Positions 1 through 10,042 of a stretch of 64,000 nt of DNA are shown in pieces. Origin of the DNA: an uncultured Desulfobacter sp. Lineage in GTDB: Bacteria > Desulfobacterota > Desulfobacteria > Desulfobacterales > Desulfobacteraceae. The stretch is from positions 2,752,001-2,816,000 of the forward strand of contig OY762069.1 of the NCBI GenBank assembly GCA_963665095.1, read 5' to 3'. The notes beneath the pieces were generated by a model. The model was not told the DNA's origin. It searched no databases and saw only the letters and a list, made by a program, of their open reading frames with translations. Positions within the stretch are counted from its first letter, which is position 1. The number at the start of each line of letters is the position of its first letter. The translations under genes were made by a program, and so were the position numbers.

Positions 1-134
1 TGTTAACGATTATTATTATGCTGAGTTAGGAGAGATATAATGGCAAGTTTATTTTAGAAATTCAGTCTATTACAGGAGGTGAGAATATTAACTAAACATA
101 ATTTTGAACTCCGCATAATATGGTTTATGCAAAG

Positions 135-270
135 CTTTGCATAAACCATAGTAACGGACCGTCTGCTCATATCGGCCGGGAATATGCGTCACCAGCCTGG
201 CCAGCCAATCCAGAGCGTTGAAAGTCTTCCTGAACTTCCTGTCTTTCGATGTATAGACGACTTTGGCGGT
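135..270 (-). pseudogene. IS91-family (Y2) transposase fragment
   Basis: AKVVYTSKDRK..TFNALDWLARLVTHIPGRYEQTVRYYG, homologous to the copies at 8.3, 26.2 and 31.5 kb; no valid start or end. Confidence 0.85.
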
Positions 271-404
271 AAGACCTGTGCGCCGGGTCAGGCAGACCCG
301 GCACACAAGGTTTACTGGGGATTATTTATCTATTTTGCATTGAAAGCCTGGTGTATCCAAAGGATAGGAACTTCCTTTATCCTTTGGCAAGACCTTTAAC
401 CCGG

Positions 405-616
405 TTAAGGCAGAAGCGTTGCCCTATGGCGGGTAATAATAAACTGCCGGTCCGTTCCAACGGCAACCTGCCATACCTGGTGTACGGTCATGTCATAGGA
501 CTGTCCGTCATAGGTTCTGGCCTGCCACCGGATATCAAGGTTGACTGAAAATCCTTTTTTCTGGGAGCCTGTGACTGCCAGGCCGGACAGAAAGTGGCTG
601 TTCCACTGGATGGTGT
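405..616 (-). pseudogene. 3' part of a secreted protein gene interrupted by the transposon at 617-3711
   Basis: Joins in frame to 3712-4020 when the element and one TSD copy are removed (..QVIDTI|QWNSHF..). Confidence 0.85.
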
Positions 617-906
617 TGAGTCGCATTTTATCCTGACTTAAATTTTCTAATTATTTTGAACAGATTAAATCTTTTCCATATTATTTAAGACAGCTACAGA
701 AGTCGCTGCGCTCCTTCTCAGTAGGTTTTTAAGGCATAGGCAGAACAGCTTGAATAAAGCAGAAAGGGGAAGCAGGTAATCCCCACTTCCCCTGGCGCAT
801 TATTCAATGCTGCCTGCTTCCGGCTATCCCTTACCAGGTTGCTCCTCAGCAGAGCCCGGCTCCGTTTCACCGAAATCGTAATATTCTGCTCTATGGCTGT
901 TTTTTC

Positions 907-1716
907 TTAAAAAATCTCCGATGAAGCAATGCGGACATGCTCTGCAGATACCGTCATTGATTTTTCTGCCGCAGCAGCAATCAATGAGCCTCTGGCAAGA
1001 TTATTCGCCTTTCGTAAAAGGCCGCCGGAGCCTTGATGAATCGCAGTCACCGCCTGGTCAGAAAAAAAGTTGGTGTCAACACCGCATAGTTTTAAATGAT
1101 GGATCAGGTAAGTTTTCATTCCAGCCACATCCAGACCATCCAGATGGCTTTTAGCCACAATCCTGGATGCAAACGGGATTGACGTCCGGTACTGAAGCTT
1201 ATCTATCAATGTCGGCTGACCTGCAAGGATCACAGGCAGCCAGGGCATGGCGTCTTTTTCAAATTGAACCAGGGTGTGAAGTTCGGCAAAGACTTCCATG
1301 CGAAGCAGAGATGCCTCATCTATAATCAAAACGGTTTTGATCTTTTTTCCCAGGACGAATTCACGTATTTCATTTTTAATAATGGAGATCATAACAGCGC
1401 GGGACGTCGATGTCCGCTCTATGCCCAGTTCTTCAACAATCTGCCGGTAAAGTTCCATGATGGAACCGCTTGAGGCCGTAACATAAAAGACTTTGTATTC
1501 CGAAGGGTGTAGGGATGAGGCGGCATACCTTAAGGCGGTGGACTTTCCGCTGCCCACATCCCCTGTGATAACCGCACTGCAGCCAAGTCTTAAGGAATAA
1601 TCAATCCGATTTTTAACGCCCGAGACCTCCGGGGTGACCAGGATATCATTGATTTCTATCTGTGCCGGGAAGGCCTCCCTATATAAGCCAAAAAAGGTAC
1701 GATACATTTCACTCAT
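907..1716 (-). CDS. ExeA-like AAA+ ATPase (transposition helper)
   Basis: Walker A GDVGSGKS, Walker B IIDEA; overlaps the transposase stop by 4 bp. Confidence 0.9.
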   Translation of the reverse strand: MSEMYRTFFGLYREAFPAQIEINDILVTPEVSGVKNRIDYSLRLGCSAVITGDVGSGKSTALRYAASSLHPSEYKVFYVTASSGSIMELYRQIVEELGIERTSTSRAVMISIIKNEIREFVLGKKIKTVLIIDEASLLRMEVFAELHTLVQFEKDAMPWLPVILAGQPTLIDKLQYRTSIPFASRIVAKSHLDGLDVAGMKTYLIHHLKLCGVDTNFFSDQAVTAIHQGSGGLLRKANNLARGSLIAAAAEKSMTVSAEHVRIASSEIF

Positions 1717-2969
1717 AACAGTTGCCCTCCCTTGTAATTTGAGGGTTCAGGCATAATCCGGATATCATTTTCGTTCCAGCGGTGCCGCTTGACCCGACAG
1801 TTCACAGCAAGGTCCACCGGGGTTAACAAGCCATAAGACTTTGCTTTATAGATAACTTCAGCCTGCAAAGGGGTGTCCTCATGGTACTTTACATCCACAT
1901 GTCTGCCGATCAGCGCAACCGGGGCCTCAAACATGTTGCCGTCAAGGGTGATGGTTCGGTCCTTTGCCACCTTGCGCCGGGCGGTTTTGCGGAAGTGGTC
2001 TTTCAGATCCGGTGGGGCGGTACGGATGCACTCCATGGCCGAGGTAAATCTTTTAAACGGTGATTCGCCTGTGGAACTGTGTTTACGCTGATGGTACTCA
2101 TTATGAAGCCACTTCTCAAACGCCCCATTCAGATCATCCAGGGTCTTACCTGTAAATCTTTGCAGAAACTGAAGCCGAACCGTTCTGAACCAGCGCTCGA
2201 TTTTACCTTTCCCCTGGGGTTTATATGGCCTTGCATGGATTAAAGCGATGGACAGAGACGCGGCTACATATTTTAAATGATGGGATCTGAACGCAGGACC
2301 GTTATCTACATACAGCTTGCGGGGAAGCCCGCGGCTCAAAAAAGCTTGCTCCAGTACCATAAGATAGGTCTTCAGATTCTCAGATAAATAAAAACCTGCA
2401 GCCGTAACCAGCCTGGAATGATCGTCCATAATGGCAATCAGGTACGTTTTTCTTTGCTTATCCTGAACCAGGACTGTAGGGCCGTGCATGACGTCGCTTT
2501 GCCACATATCATTGGGGTGCGGGGCTTCAAACTTTCTTCTATCCTCTGGCCGGGCCGTGTTCATTAGCCCCCGGCCGCGTAAAAAACGGTATACACTGGA
2601 TGGACTGTATGTCTGGCATGTAGTTTTTTGAAGTGAACAGATCAATGTATCGACTGTCGCATCAGGCTGGTCTAACCGGAGTTTGATTAGTTGAGATGCA
2701 GTCTCGTCATCGAATACCCTTGATTTTCCCTGGTCTGAACGGTCTTTGGGGTAAAGAGATTCTATTCGACCGTTATACTGCCGGACCCATCCCAGAATCG
2801 TACTTCTGGAAAGCCTGGTCCTTCCAGAATACGGGATGGACCATTTGCGGGCGCATTTCTGCTGTAAAATTCGTTCTTTTTCACCGTAATCAAAATTTGT
2901 TCCGGTCACAAATTCACAAATGACCCCAAACCTGAACACGGCAACCTCTTTTTTCTGATTTTCTGTCAT
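1713..2969 (-). CDS. DDE transposase/integrase (rve core, Mu-like C-terminus)
   Basis: WQSD, DDHSR, YVDNG and KGKIERWF motifs; AGGAGG RBS. Confidence 0.92.
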   Translation of the reverse strand: MTENQKKEVAVFRFGVICEFVTGTNFDYGEKERILQQKCARKWSIPYSGRTRLSRSTILGWVRQYNGRIESLYPKDRSDQGKSRVFDDETASQLIKLRLDQPDATVDTLICSLQKTTCQTYSPSSVYRFLRGRGLMNTARPEDRRKFEAPHPNDMWQSDVMHGPTVLVQDKQRKTYLIAIMDDHSRLVTAAGFYLSENLKTYLMVLEQAFLSRGLPRKLYVDNGPAFRSHHLKYVAASLSIALIHARPYKPQGKGKIERWFRTVRLQFLQRFTGKTLDDLNGAFEKWLHNEYHQRKHSSTGESPFKRFTSAMECIRTAPPDLKDHFRKTARRKVAKDRTITLDGNMFEAPVALIGRHVDVKYHEDTPLQAEVIYKAKSYGLLTPVDLAVNCRVKRHRWNENDIRIMPEPSNYKGGQLL

Positions 2970-3072
2970 ACTTCCTCCTTAAAATTTGGTTCTAAGGGCT
3001 TGTATGACAGTATGATCCTTCGGTAAATCACAGCCTTCGGTAGGGTGGTTTAAACCTGATCCAGCCCCATGG

Positions 3073-3519
3073 TTAAATTGAACTGGTAACCGGGATTTTA
3101 CCCATACCGATTAGCTTGATAAAACCAGCAACCACACCTTTGTCCCAACTGTTGGACAGGTAGGCCGCTATATTTCGTTTCAATGCAGTAAACCAAAAAT
3201 GCTGTCGACTCCAGGAGAGTTCCGGCAGATACCGGTCTGTGTATAGACGACTCATAATGCTGGTAAGGATTTGCCAGATACTGGCCTGGAACCTCTTGAA
3301 AAAACCATATGGCTTCAATTTGAATACGGTTTTGCAATAGGGGCAGCGATATCGCTTCAAATACACCCCTTGATCAAATCCATCAAAAAAGGAGAGTACA
3401 AAGCCGTGTCCCCACAGCCTGGAGTCGTTGCAATGTGGACATCGTGACGGTTTTGGCCATGTAAAATTTTTGCCCTGCTTGAAAATTTGCTTGATATCAG
3501 CTTTGACCTTTATTATCAT
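3073..3519 (-). CDS. Transposon-associated Zn-finger protein (DUF6431-like)
   Basis: CPHC..WGHG..RYRCPYC; first gene inside the element. Confidence 0.75.
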   Translation of the reverse strand: MIIKVKADIKQIFKQGKNFTWPKPSRCPHCNDSRLWGHGFVLSFFDGFDQGVYLKRYRCPYCKTVFKLKPYGFFKRFQASIWQILTSIMSRLYTDRYLPELSWSRQHFWFTALKRNIAAYLSNSWDKGVVAGFIKLIGMGKIPVTSSI

Positions 3520-3711
3520 TTTTATGGTTGTTTTGGGATTTTATAAATCCCGGTCTTAAGGGCGAGGCTCTGCAAAGCTTTTCGCCCTTTTCATTTTTGT
3601 CAGAATGCTTTGATCAGAACCTGTACAGGATAATTTGAGAAAAATGGAACTTTGTCAATTTAATATGAAAAATTTGGCGGGTTTTTGTTCAGGTTATTTC
3701 GGGAATCTACA

Positions 3712-4020
3712 GATGGTGTCAATCACCTGCCGGTACCATATTAAAAAGTCCTTAACGCTTTTAATGGGAAAATCGGGAAACGCCATATCCACCCGGGCCG
3801 GGTCAAGATGGGATGTAAAATATTCAGGTTCTTTCTGGTGGTCAAAGCCTGCAAACCAGTTATAAACAAATGCTTTGACATCATTTTCACTATAATTGTT
3901 TCTGGCTTCAAGACTATAGGTCCGGGTACTTTTCCCAAAGGCTGCTGCCGGAAAAACCAGAACCATGGCAGTTAAAATCAAGAGCCCCTTTTTTTTGATA
4001 TTTTTTAAACACATTGCCAA
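3712..4020 (-). pseudogene. 5' part of the interrupted secreted protein gene (about 170 aa reconstructed)
   Basis: Signal-peptide-like N-terminus; the ORF runs into the transposon end. Confidence 0.85.
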
Positions 4021-4053
4021 TCCTTTTTTTTAAAATAATGGTTGAAGAAAAAA

Positions 4054-5034
4054 CTATTCCATGGAAGCAACAATTTTGCCCCGGACATGTCTGTTGGATA
4101 ACCGGGTCAAGGCATCGGGAACATCTGAAAGAGAGATGACCTTTGTCAGCATGGAAGAGATCTTTTTTTGCGCCATAAAATCCATCATTTCCCGGCCCAT
4201 TTGGGCAAGATCCTTCTGGGACGGGATATCCCCGGAAAGATGCGCCCCGCCCAACGCGCTTTCATGAATGGAGATTGCCCTGGTAAAAGGGGTGATCCGG
4301 GTGAAATCCGGCAGCCCGTCAACGCAGGCCAGGTGGCCGCCAAATGCCAGCCGTTCAAGGTCCTTTGTGGCGGCCTGGCTGCCAATGGTGTTGATGGCCG
4401 CATCAACACCCCGGCCGTTGGTGATCTCCAGAACCCTTGCTGTGACGTCTTCCTGGCTGTAATCAATGCAGTGATCCGCCCCCAGAGCCCGGACCGCTTC
4501 AAAATTGGCTTTTGAGCAGGTGGTGATGATTGTCAGCCCAAGCTGGCCGGCAAGCTGGATGGCAAAGCCGCCCACCCCGCCGGCACCGCCATGGATAAGG
4601 ATGGTCTGGCCTTTGGCAGGTTTGATTTTCCGGCTTAAAATCTGCCAGGCTGTAAACCCTGCACAGGGAATGGCTGCGGCATCTTCAAAGGAGATATCTT
4701 CGACAACAGGTGCCAGGATATGGGTTGGTGCCAGTGCATAGGTTGCATATCCGCCGGGCCTGGCAAGATTGCCATGGTAGTAAACCCGGTCGCCAACCTT
4801 AAACCCCAAGTTTTCCCCGTCAATTTCAGCAATAACACCAGCCACGTCAAGACCCAGGATATGGGGCCATGACCATGCATCATTGCCGTTGGCCGCAGTT
4901 TTGTAGTCAACCGGGTTTAACCCCACAGCCTTGACCTCTATCAATGCATGACCGGCTTCAACAACCGGTTTTGAAACCTCGGCAAGTGCCAGGGTGTCAG
5001 GGGGGCCGGGCTGGTTTAATACAAGTGCCTTCAT
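4054..5034 (-). CDS. Zinc-binding dehydrogenase / quinone oxidoreductase (MDR family)
   Basis: GLNPVD, LGLDVAG, GGAGGVG and GKIV motifs. Confidence 0.92.
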   Translation of the reverse strand: MKALVLNQPGPPDTLALAEVSKPVVEAGHALIEVKAVGLNPVDYKTAANGNDAWSWPHILGLDVAGVIAEIDGENLGFKVGDRVYYHGNLARPGGYATYALAPTHILAPVVEDISFEDAAAIPCAGFTAWQILSRKIKPAKGQTILIHGGAGGVGGFAIQLAGQLGLTIITTCSKANFEAVRALGADHCIDYSQEDVTARVLEITNGRGVDAAINTIGSQAATKDLERLAFGGHLACVDGLPDFTRITPFTRAISIHESALGGAHLSGDIPSQKDLAQMGREMMDFMAQKKISSMLTKVISLSDVPDALTRLSNRHVRGKIVASME

Positions 5035-5081
5035 AATGAAAATATCCCTTTTTAAGTTTAATGAATTAAAAATTCTAATGA

Positions 5082-5657
5082 TTATTTTTTCAATGCTTTT
5101 CCCTCATGCCACGGCTTTCCGATCCGCTGCCCCAGGGACCAGTAATCCACCTGCATGAAATCAAAAAGAATGGGGTCTATTTTTTCAAGATCCGGTTTAT
5201 CCCCGTTAAGACAGGCCTCATCCACGTATGTATTGACGATTTCGCCAATAAATATTTCATGAACGCCTATGGCAATGGTCCGGGAAAGGCGCAACTCCAT
5301 TGATACCGGGCATTCACTGATCAACGGTGCATGGTCAAGGGTGCCTCTTTCCACAGTAAAAACATCTGACTTGTCTGTTTTTTTACCTGAAACAATACCC
5401 ACAAAATCGGTTTGTTTCAGCAACTGCCTGGAGGGGATGTTAATGCTGAACTGTTCATGTTCATGGATGCCCTTGTTGGTATAGTGGGCACGGTTCACGC
5501 CAATGGATAAAAATCCCGGGATATCCCCTGATGCATGGTTCATGATTCCCACATGGGCAATGGTCAAAAAGTTGGGTTTGCCAGCCACATCCGCTCCCAC
5601 AATTGTTGTCAGGGAGGGGTATAGCGCGTTTGCCGGGCCAATGTTTTTTCGTTTCAT
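5082..5657 (-). CDS. Flavin reductase family protein (flavoredoxin-like)
   Basis: FSINIP, APLISECPV and HEIFIGEI motifs. Confidence 0.9.
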   Translation of the reverse strand: MKRKNIGPANALYPSLTTIVGADVAGKPNFLTIAHVGIMNHASGDIPGFLSIGVNRAHYTNKGIHEHEQFSINIPSRQLLKQTDFVGIVSGKKTDKSDVFTVERGTLDHAPLISECPVSMELRLSRTIAIGVHEIFIGEIVNTYVDEACLNGDKPDLEKIDPILFDFMQVDYWSLGQRIGKPWHEGKALKK

Positions 5658-5773
5658 TTTCAGACCTCTTTATGGGTTGTAAAATTGGTTGTACATACAA
5701 ACTATCAACTGCATTTAATTTTTGCAGAAACGATTTAAATGATTCAGGTACAAAAGCCTTTCCTCTATTATTT

Positions 5774-6208
5774 TTATCCGTGCTGCAATTTCCTGCCGGC
5801 TTCAAGGCAAAGGCGGGTCAGTTCATCTCCATTTTCTTTGCCCAGAATGCGGCTGTACCGCTCGTAAAGATTTGCCCAGACCTCCTGGATACTTTCTTTA
5901 AGGGCAATGCCTTTTGGGGTTGGGTATATGTAAGTTTTGCGGCCCTGAACATCCTTGGTCAAAAGCTGTCGTCTCACCAGGGCGTCAATAAACCGTGAAA
6001 TCGTTGACGGTGCAAGGTTCATCCCTTCACAGATCTCTTTTTGTGAGATGCCGGGGGATTCAATGGCAAAGGTGAGCAAAAACGCATAGGACGGCGTCAT
6101 GCCAATGCCGGCAAACTCCTCTTCCCCCATTCTTGAGATGTCACGGGCCAGGCTGTTGGCCGTAAAAAACAGGCAGCATTCCAGGGGATTATTTTTTTTG
6201 CATTCCAT
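5774..6208 (-). CDS. MarR family transcriptional regulator
   Basis: ISQKEI..LAPSTISRFIDALV winged HTH; heads the operon. Confidence 0.9.
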   Translation of the reverse strand: MECKKNNPLECCLFFTANSLARDISRMGEEEFAGIGMTPSYAFLLTFAIESPGISQKEICEGMNLAPSTISRFIDALVRRQLLTKDVQGRKTYIYPTPKGIALKESIQEVWANLYERYSRILGKENGDELTRLCLEAGRKLQHG

Positions 6209-6445
6209 ATCAATTTCCTTAGTTGTACATACAAATAAAGCATTTCCCTGCCTGTGTCAATACCGGAAAGCGACCGGACCCAGGACCAAGAGGGGTAAAT
6301 TAATGTAACATCTGTGATGATAATGCATTTTGCGTAATCACTAAAAGAGTCATGAAATATTCGGGCTTGGGCCTTAGCTCTGGATTTGGGTCCGGCCTTG
6401 TCAGATCTGGTCATATAGCTCCAAAAACCAAAGTCTGTGGTGAAC

Positions 6446-6469
6446 AGATACAGATAAGAACTTGCTTTT
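6446..6469 (-). mobile_element. Solo oriIS-like end of an IS91-family element
   Basis: 6443-6469 is identical to 31447-31473, which lies downstream of an IS91 transposase; followed by GTTC on the minus strand. Confidence 0.65.
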
Positions 6470-6900
6470 ATCCGCCCTGGATGTATCCATCCAGGCCCAG
6501 ATTATCAATCTTCTCATTGACCTCCAGCAGGAATTCGATCTCTCCTATATTATCATCTCCCATGACCTTGCCGTGGTGGAATACATCTGTGATAGAATCG
6601 CCGTCATGTACATCGGCAAAATCGTTGAATTTACAACCTATGATAGATTGTACAGCGACCCCAGGCACCCCTATACCCAGGCTTTGCTCTCCGCAATCCC
6701 TCAACCGAATACAGGGGCAAAAAAACAGAGGATTGTCCTGGAAGGAGATGTGCCCAGCCCCATTAATCCCCCTTCGGGGTGTCGTTTCCACCCCCGGTAT
6801 CCCCGGGCAATGGAAATCTGTAAACAAAAAGAACCCGAACTGGCCGATACCGGCTCAGGCCACCAGGTCGCCTGCCACCTGTACTATCCCCGGCATTATA
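6470..6900 (+). pseudogene. 3' fragment of an oligopeptide ABC ATPase (OppF/DppF-like)
   Basis: Starts abruptly at [15 protein letters not shown]; has ISHDL, HPYT and GCRFHPR; lacks Walker A. Confidence 0.88.
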
Positions 6901-6947
6901 CACCCAGGAGAACTGAAACTAAAAATTTAAAAGTTACATACAGTGGG

Positions 6948-7964
<1,017 letters not shown>

Positions 7965-8336
7965 TCATGGTCTGAATGCACTCCATTCTATACAACGGTC
8001 AAGTTCTGCATCATATTTTTTTACAAAGCTGTCAAGTAATGTTTTTCTACGGTATTTTGAAATCCCCACCATATTGTATTTGCATGCCCATCGGCTGTGG
8101 GATAAACTTAGATCGTTATTCATGAAAGCCTTTCCTTTGTGAATTTGAGCGGTTCACTGCTGGAAGGGCTTTCATTTATTCCCGTAAATGTCAAACTCTG
8201 ATGAGTCCCACGGCAAATAAGTGCAATTACTTTCGATCATCATTGACATGCTACTTTTTATCAATAGAGGCAAGGGATCTTTTTCATAACAAAAAAAAAT
8301 TTCAAGTTTGATGCCTACAGGACCTATGGCGGGGAT

Positions 8337-9426
8337 GCCCGGCGGGGGCATTCGCCGAAAAAAGGGATGTAGCAGGACAGAGGCAAAAGGACAGTCGGTA
8401 TCAGAAATCTCCAAAGCAAATATGAAAATTCCAAAATTTAAGCTGATTTTAAGCGCACCTCACCAGAAACCCCGCGTACAGTGAAAATCAATTCCAATAC
8501 TCAACCGCCGGAATTTGAGAGTCTGAAAAGTCATAAACCAACTCAGGAATGGGCTAAGAAATAACCGCCTGCGGTGGATCATGGTTGTGAATATCCCCTA
8601 AGCCCAGGTGACGCAGAATTTTTTCTATAACATCGAGATTTTCCACAAAAGAAATCAGTTTCATTTGACCCTGACATTTTGGGCAAACCAAAGGATCAAC
8701 TTCATGAATTCTTTGGATTAACCTGGCCCAATTCTGCCTTGCTTCTTTTGAAGACATCTTATTTTGCATAATTGTCGGGATTGTGTTATCAGTTTTGCGC
8801 CTTCTTTCTCATCCCCCTGGACTTGTTAGGCACGAAGTGAAGCTTTAGCGCTCAAAGTAACCATATTAACGAACGGTATGCTCGTATCTTCCTGGAATAT
8901 GTGTCACCAACCTGGTAAGCCAATCCAAAGCATAACCTGAAGGTCAGAAACTTAAACATCTTTTTGGATTTTCCGTCTTTGGCGGTATAAATAATTTTAG
9001 CAACACCATCATCAGATTTTTCGGCCGGAATATATCCTAAAGGGCAGAAACTATACCAGTCTTTCCTGGGAGGCACGCAGTGAAGCTTCAGCGCTCAACA
9101 GGCTCGAATGATATATCTTGCCAGGTTGCCAAGCCCGACTTTATCATCAGGCTCAATTCTGCCTCCGATATAAACATTAAACCCCGAGTGATGCCAAGAT
9201 AGCATGTTTTCAAGCTTCTGCCCTTCAGGGTATGATGGCATCATTGATTTCCCCCTCTTTCTTGAGCATTTTCAGCACCTCATACTGAAATGCTTCTTCC
9301 AGGTCTTCAAGCATAAATATCGGAGCAGTCTGAAAGCTGCCGTCTTTTAAGAAGCAACCATCTGAAACTATGGCGTGAAGATGGGGATTGAAATTTAGAA
9401 GGTCGCCATAGGTCTGCACTGCAATA
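8337..9426 (-). pseudogene. IS91-family transposase remnant plus downstream region, carrying five tiny insertions
   Basis: HUH motif NPHLH; aligns with 26.15-27.08 kb and 31.55-32.53 kb. Confidence 0.9.
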
Positions 9427-9516
9427 GAGGTGAAGCCTGCCCCGGATGGGATGGGCTACTTTTCCCCGTAACAAATCTGGGTTAACCCCACAATGCTTGT
9501 TTTTACGCGGATATTT

Positions 9517-9778
9517 TTAAAGCCGGCCTGTTTCATCATGGCGGACGACCGTATCCGGGTATATGTTCAGACCGTACAGCCAGCCCATGGAGATCCGGGT
9601 TAAAAGGCTTTTGCCCGCTGTGACCATGGAAAACCGCCCCCCCGGTGCAAGTACCCGGAAAATCTCAGACAGGGCTTCATTGGGGTGTTTAACAAAGAAA
9701 AACATATTGGCACTGGCACAGGCGGTGAACTGTCCGGTCTTCCAGGGCAGTGATTCAGCACTTCCCTGGAGGATCTCA
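9517..9778 (-). pseudogene. C-terminal fragment of a class I SAM methyltransferase
   Basis: QGSAESLPW..ALSEIFRVLAPGGRF; motif I absent. Confidence 0.75.
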
Positions 9779-10040
9779 TAAGGGTGCCCACCGCCATTCC
9801 CGGAATCATCCATGTCTGAAAACGGGCCAGCATGGCCTGCATATAAGCCGGATCCGTTCCCTTACCCAGAAGATACCGGCTGTAGGCATCCGGGTTTATC
9901 ACCAGCATGATATAAGACCCCATGGGATTCAGGGAAAATAACAAAAAGGACAAAACATTTAAGGTCTTTTTCCGGTAATTGCCAAGCTTTGCCACAAAAT
10001 CTGCCCTAAAGGCCAGAACCGGACAGACCAGTGCCCTTGC
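9779..10040 (-). pseudogene. Internal fragment of an MptD-like ECF transporter S component
   Basis: ADFVAKLGNYR..LFSLNPMGSY hydrophobic pattern; no start codon. Confidence 0.5.
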
Positions 10041-10042
10041 AC

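Larger units (their letters stand above)
617..3711 (-). mobile_element. Three-gene DDE transposon (Zn-finger protein, rve/Mu-like transposase, ExeA-like AAA+ ATPase)
   Basis: TG...CA ends; 8-bp direct repeat GATGGTGT at 609-616 and 3712-3719; about 3 degenerate subterminal repeats per end. Confidence 0.9.

Noticed and set aside
821..872. Hammerhead ribozyme (GAAAC and CUGCUGA on the minus strand)
   Set aside because: Only 11 nt separate the motifs, leaving no room for stem III, the UH cleavage site and stem I. Kept only as a generic structured candidate.
6317..6340. Fur-box-like TGATAATGCATTTTGC
   Set aside because: Only a half-site match, and it is not upstream of an iron-related gene.
8198..8240. 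Hammerhead-like CTGATGAGTCCC
   Set aside because: No complementary GGGAC-GAAA follows.
10002..10020. Possible fifth copy of the 19-bp insertion (TGCCCTAAAGGCCAGAACC)
   Set aside because: Several mismatches, the flanks are not A|T, it reads in frame within the MptD-like fragment, and there is no empty site to compare.
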